A stretch of 64,000 bases of DNA from Octopus vulgaris (taxonomy: Eukaryota), in assembly GCA_951406725.2 (NCBI GenBank), contig OX597822.1:89590001-89654000 (forward strand), in the 5' to 3' direction. The notes below the pieces were generated by a model. That model was not told the DNA's origin. It worked only from the letters and a program-made list of their open reading frames with translations, and did not search any database. Both the position numbers and the translations under genes were made by a program. Shown in pieces: positions 24,946 through 38,470 of this stretch. Within the stretch, counting starts at the first letter, position 1, and each line of letters opens with the position of its first letter.

Positions 24946-26462
24946 ATATTCATGACTCTACTGCTAAACAGTGATCCATCCTCCAGTAAGTAACCAGTGC
25001 AATTATTAACACAGTAGATCGTGGTAATGACTTATAAAAACATCTAATATACTGTATAGTATGTTATGGTTGCATAATGAAATACCACATACCTACAAAT
25101 CTTTTATATGTATAGTTTATGTATAAATAAATGGTCTCATCAAAAATCTAAGATGAACTTGATTGTATATAGGAAACAGCACAACTCAATTCAATCCTAC
25201 CAAACAGTGAACATCCAGCTAACCAAATCTTCTATATGAGCAAATAGTAACAAATACTTTGAGGCTTGTATTTTAGGAGCCTTGTGCTTTAGCATGTGCA
25301 TATGTTATTTTGTAAAAGCATGTATTATAATCCCTTTCAATTCCTCTTGCATACCTACTCTTCCTATATATGCTGCACCCTTTCTTTCATTATCTTATAA
25401 TTTCACATTCAATTTTCCACTAACTCTTCCTCTTTTCCCGGTAATCTGACTCACTATCTCATAATAATTCTGCTTGTCTTTCTGTTACTTAGCCCGTCTG
25501 TAATGCTTTCACATGATTAGAGAAAAGGAGGGAGAGAGGTGTCCATTATGTGAGGTAAAATGAATGTAATTGTAATGCTTTCATGGGATTAGTTGAAGGG
25601 AAAGAGAGGAGACAGAAAAAGAAGATAAGGTGATGAGTAAGACAGAAAGAGGGAGAGAGAGTCACCCATGACGTGAGGGAGGGGGAACGTGGTTAAAAAA
25701 TTAGTTGAAGGTAGAGGCGGAAAGTTAAAATTATAAGTTTAGCAGAGGGGTGATGTTCTAATGGTGAGGTTAAAGGAAGGCAGAGAGAGGTGGTAGTGGT
25801 GGTGATTGAATAGTGAAAAGTATATTTTCTTTAATTGAACTAAATTTTTTATATCACCTGTTACTTAACGCATGGGCATAAAGGCAATTCCATAAAATAG
25901 TCACACTTATTTAACATGGCAGGTATATGCAATTTAACTGAAGGTTGTATCATATGTGCAGGTATTTTTTCTTTATGGGAAAAATGGAAAAATAACAGTG
26001 AATATTTATTTTATTAAGTCTATAAAACTGTGTATAAAGTATATAAAGTGCATCAAGTAATCGTCATATTCCAATTTCTTTCACTTTCCAATGAGTAACA
26101 GATGAGCAACAACTATCTTTCCATACAGACACAACACAAGATATGCTTTCAGGCTTTTTGGCTAAAGTTTTCAGAAATAACCCAATAAGTTCACCATTAA
26201 TTCTATGAAATATGGGTTCTGCTAGTGTTTACTTGTTCTTCTATAAAAAGATCTATATGAAGTATTACAAATTTCCTCTTCTCATATAATTTCATCTCAT
26301 CTTCTGCTGATGCACAACATTATTTGCTTCTAGAAAATTTAGTGATTGTTCTAGAAATGTAAAGAAGGCTTAAAGGAAAAAGAAAATATGTTAGTATTAA
26401 CATACTTAATGCTGTGGAGGTGGGGGGGGGTCATTGAAAAATTAGCAAGAAATAACTATACA

Positions 26463-26860
26463 GGCGCAGGAGTGGCTGTGTGGTAAGTAGCTTGTTTACC
26501 AACCACATGGTTCCGGGTTCAGTCCCACTGCGTGGTACCTTGAGCAAGTGTCTTCTACTATAGCCTCGGGTCGACCAAAGCCTTGTGAGTGGATTTGGTA
26601 GACGGAAACTGAAAGAAGCCCATCGTATATATGTATATATATATATGTGTGTGTGTGTCTGTGTTTGTCCCCCTAGCATTGCTTGACAACCGATGCTGAT
26701 GTGTTTATGTCCCCGTTACTTAGCGGTTCGGCAAAAGAGACCGATAGAATAAGTACTGGGCTTACAAAAGAATAAGTCCCGGGGTCGAGTTGCTCGATTA
26801 AAGGCGGTGCTCCAGCATGGCCACAGTCAAATGACTGAAACCAGTAAAAGAGTAAAGAGT
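26463..26860 (+). mobile_element. Full-length tRNA-derived SINE
   Basis: A box TGGCTGTGTGG, B box GGTTCAGTCC, internal microsatellite and an AAGAGT-type tail. A near-identical minus-strand copy lies at 59893-60300. Confidence 0.9.
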
Positions 26861-27838
26861 ATACAGTAAGGAAAAAGCTACATTAATCAATGACTAAGAT
26901 TAGTCTAATTATTTTAGCATGCATGCAAACATGGGAGAGAATTCCAGATGTGTTTTAATACCTGTTTCAACTTTTGGTATAAGACCAGCAATTTTGAGGT
27001 AGGAGTGTTTGACTGGTACTTATTTTATTGACCCCTGAAAGGATGAAAGACAAAGTCAACCCCAGTGGCATTTAAACTTAGAACATGAAATTGCAAGAAA
27101 TGCAACTAAACATTTCTCAGCGTGGTAACACTTCTGTCAGTGCACCATCTAGGTATATTTTAATGTTTTTCATTCATCATATATACTTATTCGGATCTCA
27201 GCTGAAGAGACTGAAATAGTAATGAAAGAAACAGTAAATTATTTTACAATATGGTAGTTTGGTTAGTATAAAAAAATAGAATCATTTAGACAATAAATAA
27301 TTCCAAGATGTCATCTACAAGAAAAATAATACTTGAATTAATTAGTATTAACTAGGCAATGCAATGCCAGACATATTTCAGGTTCTGCATTAAATATTCT
27401 TGAGTTAGGTGTGATGTAAAATCTGGAGCCTTTATTTAATGACTGGGGGTGTTGTTCTAGTCCCTTGACCTATTGTTGCAGAGGATTTAATAATATTGTA
27501 TTACTATACAACTGTATGTAGAGGAAACAACAAGTTAAAAGTGTAATTTCAAGGCATTTAAGCATCGTCCCCATATTGCCTATATTTTTTTTTGCTTTTT
27601 AGATAAGTTGTTTATACTGATGTTTGTTTTTAGACTTTTCCTTCAGACTTTTCCTTTCAGACTATTTCCTTCCAGACTATTTCCATCACCACCCCCACTG
27701 TCACCATTACAGCATCAACAACACCATCTTTTGGAGGAAATGCTACCGCTAGCACACTCACCAGGCTAAGTGATGTCACTGCCCATTCAGTTATCCAAAT
27801 GACAGGATATATGTAAACTCACTTTTTCTTAACTGTAT

Positions 27839-27878
27839 CCTTCTGAAGACGGGTCTTTGTACCTGAAATATATAAAGG
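27839..27878 (+). ncRNA. Minimal hammerhead ribozyme-like motif
   Basis: CCTT-CTGAAGA-C-GGGT-CTTTGT-ACCT-GAAA-TATA-TA-AAGG. Stem I CCTT/AAGG, stem II GGGT/ACCT, palindromic ATATAT in place of stem III, AUA triplet. Confidence 0.55.
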
Positions 27879-28084
27879 TTTTTCAACTTACCTGTCCACA
27901 TTGTTAGAAGCTTTCCTCATTTCCCTATCCATTTATTATTTATTTTAATTGGACATTCCTAGACCAGCTCAAAGATAAAACTTAGAACCTGAAGATAGTT
28001 GGAAACAATACTAATCAAAATATTGTGTCAGTATCGGTGACAGTAAACATCTATGATGAGGACAATTGTATAAAAACATATCAT

Positions 28085-29225
28085 TTTCCTTTAACATCCA
28101 TTTTTCATGTTGGCATGGGTTGGACGGTTTGATCAGAGCTGGCGAGCAGAGGAGCTGCACCAGATTTGGTTTGGTTTCTATGGCTGGATGCCCTTCCTAA
28201 TGCCAACAACTTAAGGGTGTGCTGGGTGCTTTTTATATGACACTGGTACAGGTGTTTTTATGTGGTGCTGGCATGGGTACTTTTTATGTGGCATCAGCAC
28301 AGGGCTCTTGCAGGCTAATCCGCTTCAGCAGGGAGAGCAGCATTAACCCCTACTGTAGAGGACAGGTCTTCTTGGGTACAGCAAGGTGCCAGATATATCA
28401 GTCCTTTGTCATCTCCTCTTTAAGGTTTAGTGTCTTGAGATTGTCTTTCAGTACTTCATCCCATGTTTTTCTGGGTCTCCCTCTTCTATGAGTTCCATCC
28501 ACTTTGAGTGATCAGCATTTCTTTATAGAGCTATCTACATCCATGTGCATCATATGACTAAACCAATGCGGTCTTCTCTCTTGCACACTGCATCTAATTC
28601 CTCTTATGCCTAAATTTTCTGTTAATACTCTAGCACTCAGTTGAACATATACATTGATATTGTACATCCAGTAAAGCATACCAGCCTCATTCCTCTCTAG
28701 CCCTCACATGTACTCCTCATTCAGGGCCCATGTCTCACTACCATCTAGAATTGCTGTTCATATACATACACCATACAATCTTCTTTTCATCTGAAAAGAG
28801 AGACCTTTGGTTGCAAACAGAAGTAAATGTTCTCTGAATTTTCTTCATCTTATTCTTATTTTAGCTATTACACTTTCCATACAACCTCCCCCACTACTAA
28901 TTTAGTTCCCAAGTTAGCTCCAGGGCATTTGAGGAAATTAACTTTCCGAGTATTTGTAATTTTATGGCTCCTGTTTATCTTCTACATATGAACACTACTC
29001 TGATAACCTTCCTATTGTTCCACTGCACCTCTTGTGTGTCCACAGCTTACACTGGGTACACCTTATTCCTGCCTACACATTTCCTACATATCAAGCAGGG
29101 CCATTCACCTGAAGCAGGTAGAGTCTTGTCTATTTTCTTGCTATCTAAAACCTTAGGTTTTTGCTAAGTTAGCCTTAAAGCCCTTAGATTCTAGTGTTTC
29201 CACACCTGGAATTTCTTTTATAGAT
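28085..29225 (-). mobile_element. Degenerate RTE LINE
   Basis: Reverse-complement similarity to 8494-9955 across the PHD, the RT C-terminus and the 3' UTR. Confidence 0.85.
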
Positions 29226-29404
29226 CTGATGTAGAAAAAAAATTGGAGTGGGGAGTCAAGCACTGAAGCAATTTTAAATAAGCAGTAATATTTTACACTC
29301 AAGTGATTCAATCTACTTCTTTAAACATAAAGCAGAAAGCCAAAGATCTTGTTAACAATGGTAATTATGAGCTATAAACCCAAACAGATCTATCTGGTAA
29401 AATT

Positions 29405-29610
29405 GGTTTCAAATGTTGATACAAGGCCAGCAATTTCAGGGGAGGGATAAATCGATTACATTGACCTCGGTGCTAAACGGGTACTTATTTTATCAACCCC
29501 AAAATGATGAAAGGCAAAGTTGACCATCATGGAATTTGAACTCAGAATGTAGACAGACAAAATGCATCTAAGCATTTTGTCTGGCATGCTAATGATTCTG
29601 CCAGTTTACC
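29405..29610 (-). mobile_element. Older SINE of a third family (related pieces at ~26970-27150 and ~45410-45510)
   Basis: B box GAGTTCAAATTCC on the minus strand, followed by the core CTTTGCCTTTCATCATTTTGGGGTTGATAAAATAAGTACC, repeated elsewhere in the window. It resembles the Meta-type SINE core (from memory, unverified). Confidence 0.7.
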
Positions 29611-30619
29611 ATCTAAATTTACCAGGTTGTATTGATACCTAATAAAGGCATATATTTGGGAATTGTAAGCATTCTATTAAATTAATCCTGTTTTCATCAA
29701 CCCCAGAGAAAAATGAAAAGCAAAATATAAAGGAAGTCCACTAAATGTAACGACATTTTGTTCTGTGTTCTATTGATTCTGCCATCTACAGCTTTTTTGG
29801 TTCTGTTTTTATCCCCACCAAATTTTTTTTTCTTAAATTTTGAAATTCAAACTCTTTCTTTAAAATGAAATATCTCTTGTTATTACAGATAATCTGTGTC
29901 CTGTTATGTCAAAGCATTTAAAAGCTTATCAGAAACTGAATGATACACTTAAGTTATTTCTTTTAATCAGAAACATTGCAAAAAAAAAAGTCTTTTCATC
30001 TTGTCAATATAAATCCTGAATATTTTGGAAGACAGCAAAACTGAAATTCAGTGAACCTAAGAAACCTAATCATACTGTAGAGCTTCAGTTTTGCTACCTG
30101 ATAATGGAAAAGTACCTGAAATTTTCTTTTCAAAATCAAAACTAGATTACAAATATGGTTAAATGTAAAAGATAATTCAGTGATGGACTGTTATTTTCAA
30201 ATTTCAAAACAATACAAAATAAGCAAAGATATCTTATAAATCAGAGTAGATTGAACTATCTTGCATTTATGTATATTGGACAGAGATTTCTACGAAAATA
30301 TTCAAATCCAGAGTTAAAAATTAGTTTGCTCATGCTATATGTAAACATTAAATTAAATTGATATTTCTACTGTAAGCATGTTAATTTTTTATGTAATTAA
30401 TTAATATGAATAATTTTATTCTCTTTTAATCAAAAATAAATTATTAATCTACCTGTACATGCATATATGTGTGTGTATGTTATGTATATATGTATGCATA
30501 TGTGTATACTTATGTATATGTATGATGGATTTTCTTGATTGCAGGGTAATATATCAGAGAGAATCAAAACACCAGATGAGAAGTGAATGCAGATGCATAA
30601 TGGTATGCTTGCACTCGGT

Positions 30620-32970
30620 GATCCTGGGAAAAGAAAGGTATAGAAGTGCTATGAGGAGAAAGAGAATCTTCCAAATATGGATTCTACAGAGAGACCAACC
30701 ACTCTAGCAATACAATAAAGCTATTAAGGATATGAAGACAGGAAAAGCCTCTCAACAATCAGGAATTACCACTGAGATACTTGGGGTACAGCTTACTCAT
30801 TCATATAAGTAATCAGGTTGTACAGGAAAGTATCATACCCAATGGCTGGTGTAGCAATTTCATAGTTAACCGTTACAGAGGTAAAGTAACAGGGGTATCA
30901 AATAGCTGAACCAGGTCATGAAAGTTATGGAAAAAAGTTATGACTTAATTAGAAAGAAAATTAACTGAGATTAGGTACAGTTTGGTTTTTACCAGGGGAA
31001 AATGCTACTGATGCTCTCTTCTTAGTGAGGAGGCAATTGCATAAGAAGTATTTAGTAAAAAGTAAGCCCCTGTACTTAGCATTTATTGACCTGGAGAAAG
31101 CTTTCAACATGGTGTCTTGCTCTGTGATCTAGTGGTTACTGAGAAAATTCAGTGATGAATGGCTTGTGAGGGCCATACAAACCATGTACAGAGGTACTGT
31201 CAGTAAGGTGAGAGTTAGCCAACAAGTACTGCAACAAATTCAGTGAGCAAGTAGGGGTCCACTCAATCTCTTCCTATTCATCATAGACCTCCAGGTCATA
31301 ATATAGGAGTTTAAGACTGGCTACCCATGGGAACTGCTATATGGTGACTACATTTTTATAACTGAATCTGTAGTAGAATCAGAAAGGAAATTCCATGTGT
31401 GCAAGCAAACCTTGAATCAAAGAGTCTTAAAGTTAGATTTACAAAGCCCAAAGTTTTACAAGCTAGAAAAATAGGCAGGACTCTATTTCCACTAGAGAAA
31501 CGGCCTTGCTCAATATGTAGAAATTCTATTTGGTGTACTCAATACAAACAATGGGTACACACAAGCAGTTGTATCATGAGTAAATTAACAGAAAAAGTAA
31601 ACTTTGTGGCAGATGTGCAGAAGCAATTTTCTACATATATGCAAGAGGAAAATGAAAAATAGATTTTCTTAAAAGTCTGGGAGGATCCCCAGATATACCA
31701 AGAAAGCTTCTGTTACTTAGGTGACCAAATTAGCTATGTTCTGAAAGTATAGTAGCTAGAATAAAAGCACGTTGGAGAAAGTTCTGAGAGCTATTACTCT
31801 GTTGGTAACAAAAGATTTCTGTCTTAGCATGAAAGTAGATTGCCTGAGGTTTTTGTACAAATTGCATTGCTGTATGTTAGTGAGCTGTGGGCCATGAATG
31901 AAAAATACTTATGAAAACTAGAAAGAAATGATGCTAATATTCTCCAGTGGAGTGCAATGTCTGTATGAATGACAAAGTACTAGGCATAAGAGAAATCGAA
32001 TGCAGTGGGCAATAGAGAAGACTATGCTGGTATGGACATGTGATATGTATGGATGAAAGCAACAGTATAAAAAAATGCCAATCACTTAATGAGGAAGCTT
32101 GTGGAAGAAGGAAACCATGACAACATGGCTGATCTCAGAAATTTGAGTCTTTTAGGGTAGATGACAAAGGGGCAAGATTATTGGTGATATGCAGTACCCA
32201 AGAAGACCTGTCCATCACAGAAATACAGAAGTCCTGGAAGCTAATGTGCATACACATAACTGAACCTCTTGCTCAGCTTATCTCTGTCAAACTTTTCTCA
32301 CCACTCCCTCATCTCCTTATCACTCATCCATCCATCACCCTCCTAACTACTGCAGTATTTTGAGGCTGTAATTACATGAGAGCAGAACTACATATTTCAT
32401 CATACTTTTCTGTGCTGCCAGTTATCTCTTCTAATCCCTCATTCCACTTTCTTTGGCATCCATCTTTCATTCTGAATATCGTCCTTCCTCATCACATTTT
32501 CCATTGACCATCATCTGTATACTCCCATTATTTCTTCCTCTCTTTTGAATCACCTCCTATTCATTTACCCATTATATACCTCTGACCACTTCAACTTGTG
32601 TCTCTCAAATACATCCACCCACCTTTATATAATATGGGGTAGCCATTGCATCTCCTTTACAAGAAATCTGTTCTTGCACCTTCTTTCATATGTTCATCTG
32701 ACATAAACCCACTCCTCTCTGTACTACACTCTCACTCATTTGAAGGAGATTTTAGTCTTGTGAGTTATGTGGTGACTTCACTAGTACTGGTGCCATGAAA
32801 AAAGTACTCAGTACTCTCTGTAAACTGGTTGGTATTAATTAGGAAGGGCATCTAGCCATAGAAACTGTACCATTGCAGTCATTGACACATGACACTGTCA
32901 TCTGACTCATTGGATCCTGTCAAACTATCCATATCAGCATGGAAGATGGACATTAGGTAGTAATGATGAT
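30620..32970 (+). mobile_element. Old, highly degenerate RTE LINE with a long pyrimidine-rich 3' UTR
   Basis: AIKDMKTGKA, FIDLEKAF, PWELLYGD, FCYLG and LCWYGHV remnants; terminal motif and GAT tail near 32960. Confidence 0.8.
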
Positions 32971-33180
32971 GACAAGCTTTAGCTGTATGAAAAAAACATG
33001 TTGGTCTAATATTTTGCAGCTCCTAGCCTAACCTTACATTTGATCTTTAAAAAAAGTAAAAACAGGTACTGCAAGAATTAAGAATGATAAGCTATAAAAC
33101 TTGAAACAACTCAGAAAGTTCTTTATAATAACAGAGAGTTGTATTTTCTTTAAAGGAAGAAGTTTAGGGTTTTAAATCTA

Positions 33181-34591
33181 TTAGGGTTATCTTGAAAGTA
33201 ATGCAAAGGCAAGTATAGCCTTTTGATTTAATGACATAAGTCATTCAAATTGCACATGTTAGTAGAGTGACTTTTCTCCTATACAAAGGTATTACTCAGC
33301 ATACACACCACAACAAGCAATGAATTAGATTGTTTTAAAAATAGTAGCAGATTTCAGAAACATAATTTTATTCTAGAAAAATTAACAATAGAAATGTTTT
33401 GATTAGTCAAAGTATGAGCTGTGAACATCTATGCATCTCTTCCACAATTCAACGAGAATTATTTATGCCTCGCTGATAAAAACTTATTGGCTTTGATGCT
33501 AAGAAATCTTTGAAAGTTGATTCCACCTTTGGTTTGGACCTGAAAGTGTTATCACTTAAAAACATGTTTAAATGCTTAAAAAATGGTAGTCAGTGGGTGA
33601 AAGATCAAGAGGATGTGATAAAGTCTCATATCCCAAGTCTGTGAGTTTCTGCAGTGTCATTCTTGCAACATGTGGCTTTGCATTATTGTGGAGCAGAATT
33701 GGGCCATGCCAATTCACCAATGCAGGTCTCATTTTTTGCAAGTGAATATGCATTTCAGCAGGTTGATTGCAGTAAACCTCAGCTGTAATGCTCTGATTGG
33801 CTTCTAGAAAGCTGTAATGGACAACACCAATTGCAGACCACCAGGCAGTCACCATAATCTTTTGCTGATGCAACTTTGGCTTTGGAAAATGTTTGGGGGA
33901 CTCATCACAATCAAGCCATTGACCTGATTGTTTATGGTTATCATAAAGGATCCACTTTTCGTCACAAGTGACTATTCAATCAAGAAAAAGATCATTAGTG
34001 TTTTGCAGAAAAAGCATTGAGCACCCTTCAAGACGCCAAACTTTTTGATTTTCATTGAGCTTATGTGGTACCCATTTATTGAGCTTTTTTTACCTTGCCA
34101 ATCTTCTGCAGATTGCATCAGACCATTGCAATACCGACACCAAAGGCCTGAGATATTTCTCTGACACATTGTAAGTTTTGTTCAACAATTGCTTTTAATT
34201 GTTCATTGTCAAAACTGCATGACCATCTTCTATCTTCTTCAAGGCTGTCATCACTACTATGGAATTTTTGAAACCACCTTCATACTGTACGATCACTTGT
34301 GGACTCCTCTCCCCATGCTCTGTTGATATTGGCAGCAGTTTGGGAGGCATTATGCCCAAGCTTGAACTCATGCAAGAAAAGTAAGCAAAGGTCCTTTTTT
34401 GTCATGTTCATAATTAAGGGCACCTATGCTTCAAGAATGTTTTCTATCTGAAATAAGTAAAAAATTATTAAAGAGCATACATCAATTATTAAGTATGTCG
34501 AAATTCACCTAAAATATAATTATAATACTATGATAAAATTACATTTTAAAACACAACACTTAGAGTGGTCATTATTTTCAGAGCAACCTAA
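33181..34591 (-). mobile_element. Degenerate mariner DNA transposon
   Basis: ORF 33568-33873 has WWSAIGVVHYSFL, ILLHNNAKPH and LDLSPTDYHF (mariner HDNA/YSPDL regions). TA|TTAGGTTGCTCTGAAAATAATG marks the right end. The left-end match TA|TTAGGGTTATCTTGAAAGTAATG is weaker, so the left boundary is uncertain. Confidence 0.8.
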
Positions 34592-34689
34592 TATTTGCAC
34601 ATTCACTGAACTCAATTTCTGAATCCTCTTTGGAGAAAATTCAGGTGTGCACTATTAAACCTACTTTATCATCAAAGACTGTCCTACAT

Positions 34690-35075
34690 TGAACCAAACA
34701 TGTGGAAGGTCAGAAGGTACCAGATTTGGGCTCATATAGTGAATGGGGGATCACTTACCAACCCGATTTGTTGTCTGATTAATCGATAAAGTTATGTGTG
34801 GTCACACATTGTCATGGTAAATGTAGATCATTTTCAGATTCTTGTTCAGTCTCTTCATCCTGTTGGTTTTTCTATGCTTTTTAGGCATCTCAGTGTACTG
34901 CTCACTGTTCATGGTACAACCACATTCCAGAAAATTCTGTGCTAGTTGCTGGTTCCAAAACTTTTTAGGTCTTAGTGAAGAATTGTGATGCCTTTTCATG
35001 GACTGAGCCTTCATTTCTGGATCATAAAGATGAGGCCAAATTTCATCCTTTATCACTAGATTGGACTGCATGCTT
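34690..35075 (-). mobile_element. Second mariner transposase relic
   Basis: DEIWPHLYDPEMKAQS (DETW..YDPE motif) and YHDN, followed by a decayed PHxxYSPDLAPSD region. Confidence 0.7.
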
Positions 35076-36003
35076 TATCTGTTCAGAGATTAGAGAGCCC
35101 AGAACAGAGAGAAATGTTTCCACCTTTCACTGATAAACATTGTTTCTTCTGACGTATTATATCTTGTAAGACATACACTTCAGCCGTGTTCTTTTTTTTT
35201 TTTCACACATAGCGGTGTGAATGGCGGTGCCCCTGCATGGCCACAGCTGAAACTAGATAAAATGAAAAAAAAATAGCTATAATCTGTACACCTCCTGGTA
35301 TTCAATTCATATTCACTACATTTGTTTTTAATTTTCTGAAAATTTTCAGAGACTCAAGAAGATTCATTGCAACAACTATGTTCACATCTTCTAATTGCAA
35401 GACTGTTTTATTCACTCTTTTGGAAATGTCATTCCAAGGAATTCCCAGAAAGATTATCTCTAGTTTCTTCATTTTTTTAAATTCAGTCCTTTTGCCTCTC
35501 TTCTTGACTTTTATCTTCTGTCCAGTGTCTGAATAACATCAAAATGTCACAATGATTAAACAGATGCTTGACCTCAGCATCTTTTTTCTGAAGATGATAC
35601 CAGATAAAAAATGATAAAAAAAAAAAACTTGGTGGCTGCTTTCCAAGTTTTATTCAAATCTATTGTTTAATTTCAGTCTAAAATATTATGGTATACATGC
35701 AGTTATTTTATATTATAGACAGACAACTTCTAGTTGCAAGTTTCACTTTCTAAGTATGGAAAACTTTACATATGCGCACCAATTATTAGTAATATTATGT
35801 TCTGCCTTCTTAGAAAAGAAAAGTTTTATTAGTATCAAACAATTTTACAGAACCACTTATATGGATTGAGAGGCTTTAGTCAAGTGGATTTCTTTCATTA
35901 TTCTCTTCACTGTGATATGTCATATCTTCTTTATCATCTGATCCTAGAACTATCAGTTTTCAGTTTTATTTTGTTCCACAACAAATGTGGGGAGTGTCTA
36001 GAA

Positions 36004-36173
36004 CAGTGGTTCCCAAACTAGGGTCCACAGACCCCTGGTGATCCGCAAAGGTAGTACTGAAGGGGTCTGTGAACTAAATTCAAAATTTCCTATATATATA
36101 CATACATAAGGATAAGCATATTAAAAGGGGTCTGTGAGAAAACTAATTTAAATAAAAGGGTTGGGAACCACTG
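36004..36173. mobile_element. hAT (Charlie-type) MITE with a perfect 8-bp TSD
   Basis: TIRs CAGTGGTTCCCAA...TTGGGAACCACTG, with GTCTAGAA on both sides. A right-end fragment of the same family lies at ~17882-17945. Confidence 0.93.
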
Positions 36174-36204
36174 GTCTAGAACTTGAAGCAAGAGATTATT
36201 TTTC

Positions 36205-36500
36205 AAGTCCCTGTCTGGGATTGAACTTAGAATCCAAGGGTTAGTAGCCCACACTCTTATCCACTATGCTGTATGCCCGTAGGCAATTATAGAGTGAATC
36301 AACAGAAAAATAACATCAGCAACATGCCTTAGGAATGAGAACAGTGTACCCCATTAGTCAAATGAAGGTTTGGGTTCGAAATTCCACCAGAACACCTGAT
36401 GAAGGTTGGAGAGTACATTAGCTGAAATGTGATAACAACAAACAAGGTGAGTATACCTATCCATCCATTGTAAATAATGTACATAATTCCTCATCTCAAA
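36205..36500. mobile_element. Rearranged Penelope-like terminal repeat (tRNA-like part on minus, hammerhead part on plus)
   Basis: 36205-36300 matches 1640-1735 directly. 36305-36490 matches the reverse complement of 1460-1600, including acacCTGATGAaggttggagagtacattagctGAAA. Confidence 0.75.
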
Positions 36501-37505
36501 AATATAGAATAGTAAGTATGAATTATGTGAAGCAGTGGACAAAGATCCCTTGAAGTCCATACCCAGGTGTTCCATAGACTTTGTTGCTTTGATAAGAGTG
36601 TCTTCTTGAGAGTGATAGCCCAGCATAGACCCATAAGATGCACAAATCTTCCTCACATCTTCTGTAGAGAAGGGAGATTCTTTGCTCCAATAAAATGCAG
36701 TAGATATTTTAATCTTGAATGACATAGTCTATCGTGTATGTCAATAAACTTGGAAATAGTTAAAACTGAACAGGTGTAAGCTTGATTAAATGTGTCAATA
36801 ATTCATTCTGTAGCTTAATGCTGAAGATCCAGTCTCCACTCCCAAATCTTTGCATTATTTTTGTACACCCTATTGTGTCACTGACCTCTGATGAGAAATC
36901 AGGTTACAGTGGCACTGTTTTTTGCACTGCCTCAATAATAGCAGTTGCTTCTTTCTCTGCAATGTAGTAGTGTAATTAGCTTCCTTGTAGCATTATTAAC
37001 ATGAACACTATAGGCTGTTCTCATTAGTTAAGGTTGTCTGAAATATTTGCATCAGATGCATTACATTCTACCTCAAAGGGTGATATTATTCAATAATGAT
37101 TTATTTTTATTTATTTATTAATGACTTAATTAGGAAATCAATATCTTGTAAATAGATGCAAAAACACTGTACTAATATGGACATGTGATTCACAAGGATA
37201 AGGACAGCTGTATAATGAAGTGCTAATCCCTTAATGTGGATGAAGCTTATGGAAAGCAAAACATGAGACGAAGTAGTAAAGATTGCTCCCAGGACTTTGA
37301 ACCCTAGTGAGTAGATGACAAAGGAGCAGGACGACTGGTGGCGTATGGCTCCTGAGAAGACCCATCCATCTCAACAAAATTGAGATTTTGGAAGCACAAT
37401 ATATATATATATAATATTAATTCGAGACAAAACCACTATTTTGCAATACAAACAAGGAAAGACTTAATCAATACATAAAAATTTTTAATATAAAGAAATA
37501 AACCG

Positions 37506-37548
37506 CCACTACAATCATTTCATGTCTTCAATGACATTCGTCAGGTGG
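37506..37548 (-). ncRNA. Near-intact minimal type I hammerhead ribozyme
   Basis: CCAC-CTGACGA-ATGTC-ATTGAA-GACAT-GAAA-T-GATT-GTA-GTGG. Perfect 4-bp stem I, perfect 5-bp stem II, complete core, GUA cleavage triplet. Confidence 0.75.
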
Positions 37549-37640
37549 ATTTTCAATCTCCTTTTTATTGCATTGCAATTAACTTACCTAGTGTATTAAA
37601 TGGGTGAAGGTAAAGAGATATTTCACCATTAATTTATGTT

Positions 37641-37886
37641 GCAAATAAGAAAATAGAGGAGAACATTAGTTGGTTCATCAACTTTAGGACATTAAAAATG
37701 TTAATTTATTAATTTATTAAACTGATATTTTTAATAATTACTTGTATCCTTATTTTATATGCATTGAATAATATGCTATATGTATGTTGTTATTATAATT
37801 ATCAGTTTAATAAATAAATAAGTTAACATTTTTAATGTCCTAAAGTTGATGAACCAACTATTGTTCTCCTCCATTTTCTTATTTGC
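37641..37886. repeat. Inverted repeat with ~87-bp arms and ~72-bp spacer
   Basis: 37641-37727 is the reverse complement of 37800-37886 with few mismatches. Confidence 0.9.
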
Positions 37887-38396
37887 TATATATATATGCA
37901 CAACTGGGGTCCTCACCCATAAGCCCCCTCACCGTCCATCATCTCTCTATCATCAGCTCCTCTATAACCTGCATAATTCAATGTTCTGCTGCTATAATTA
38001 AATATGATCAAAATTGCATATTTCACTAGTTTTCCCTGATACTATTTATCTGTCTTACTACCAAAAAACATTTCACTTGATATCCAGCCTTCATTAATAC
38101 CGTTACTCTTAACCCACATTTTACATTGATCACCATCAGGTACTATCAAATTATCTCTCTTTAACCATCATACATTTCTCACTCTCTCTCCATGCACTAT
38201 GCTGCCTCTCCCCTTACCCTCTTGCAATTTACCCATCTACATGACATCTCTCTCTCTCTCTCATCCATCAAGAATTTATGCTACATGGTATTTAACATAT
38301 CTGTATTTGCTTTTCAAATACACACCACCACCACCAGCCATTCTGAGTTAGTTCTCTTAGCTTTTGTATATCTACATCAATATTTATCTCTCTCTC

Positions 38397-38470
<74 letters not shown>

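Noticed and set aside
27198-27240. Another hammerhead-like CTGAAGA...GAAA
   Set aside because: Stem II is not adjacent to GAAA, and no stem I or cleavage triplet can be formed.
33568-33873. SETMAR-like host gene
   Set aside because: Only a transposase relic with frameshifts, a damaged catalytic motif (HNNA) and a TIR; there is no SET domain.
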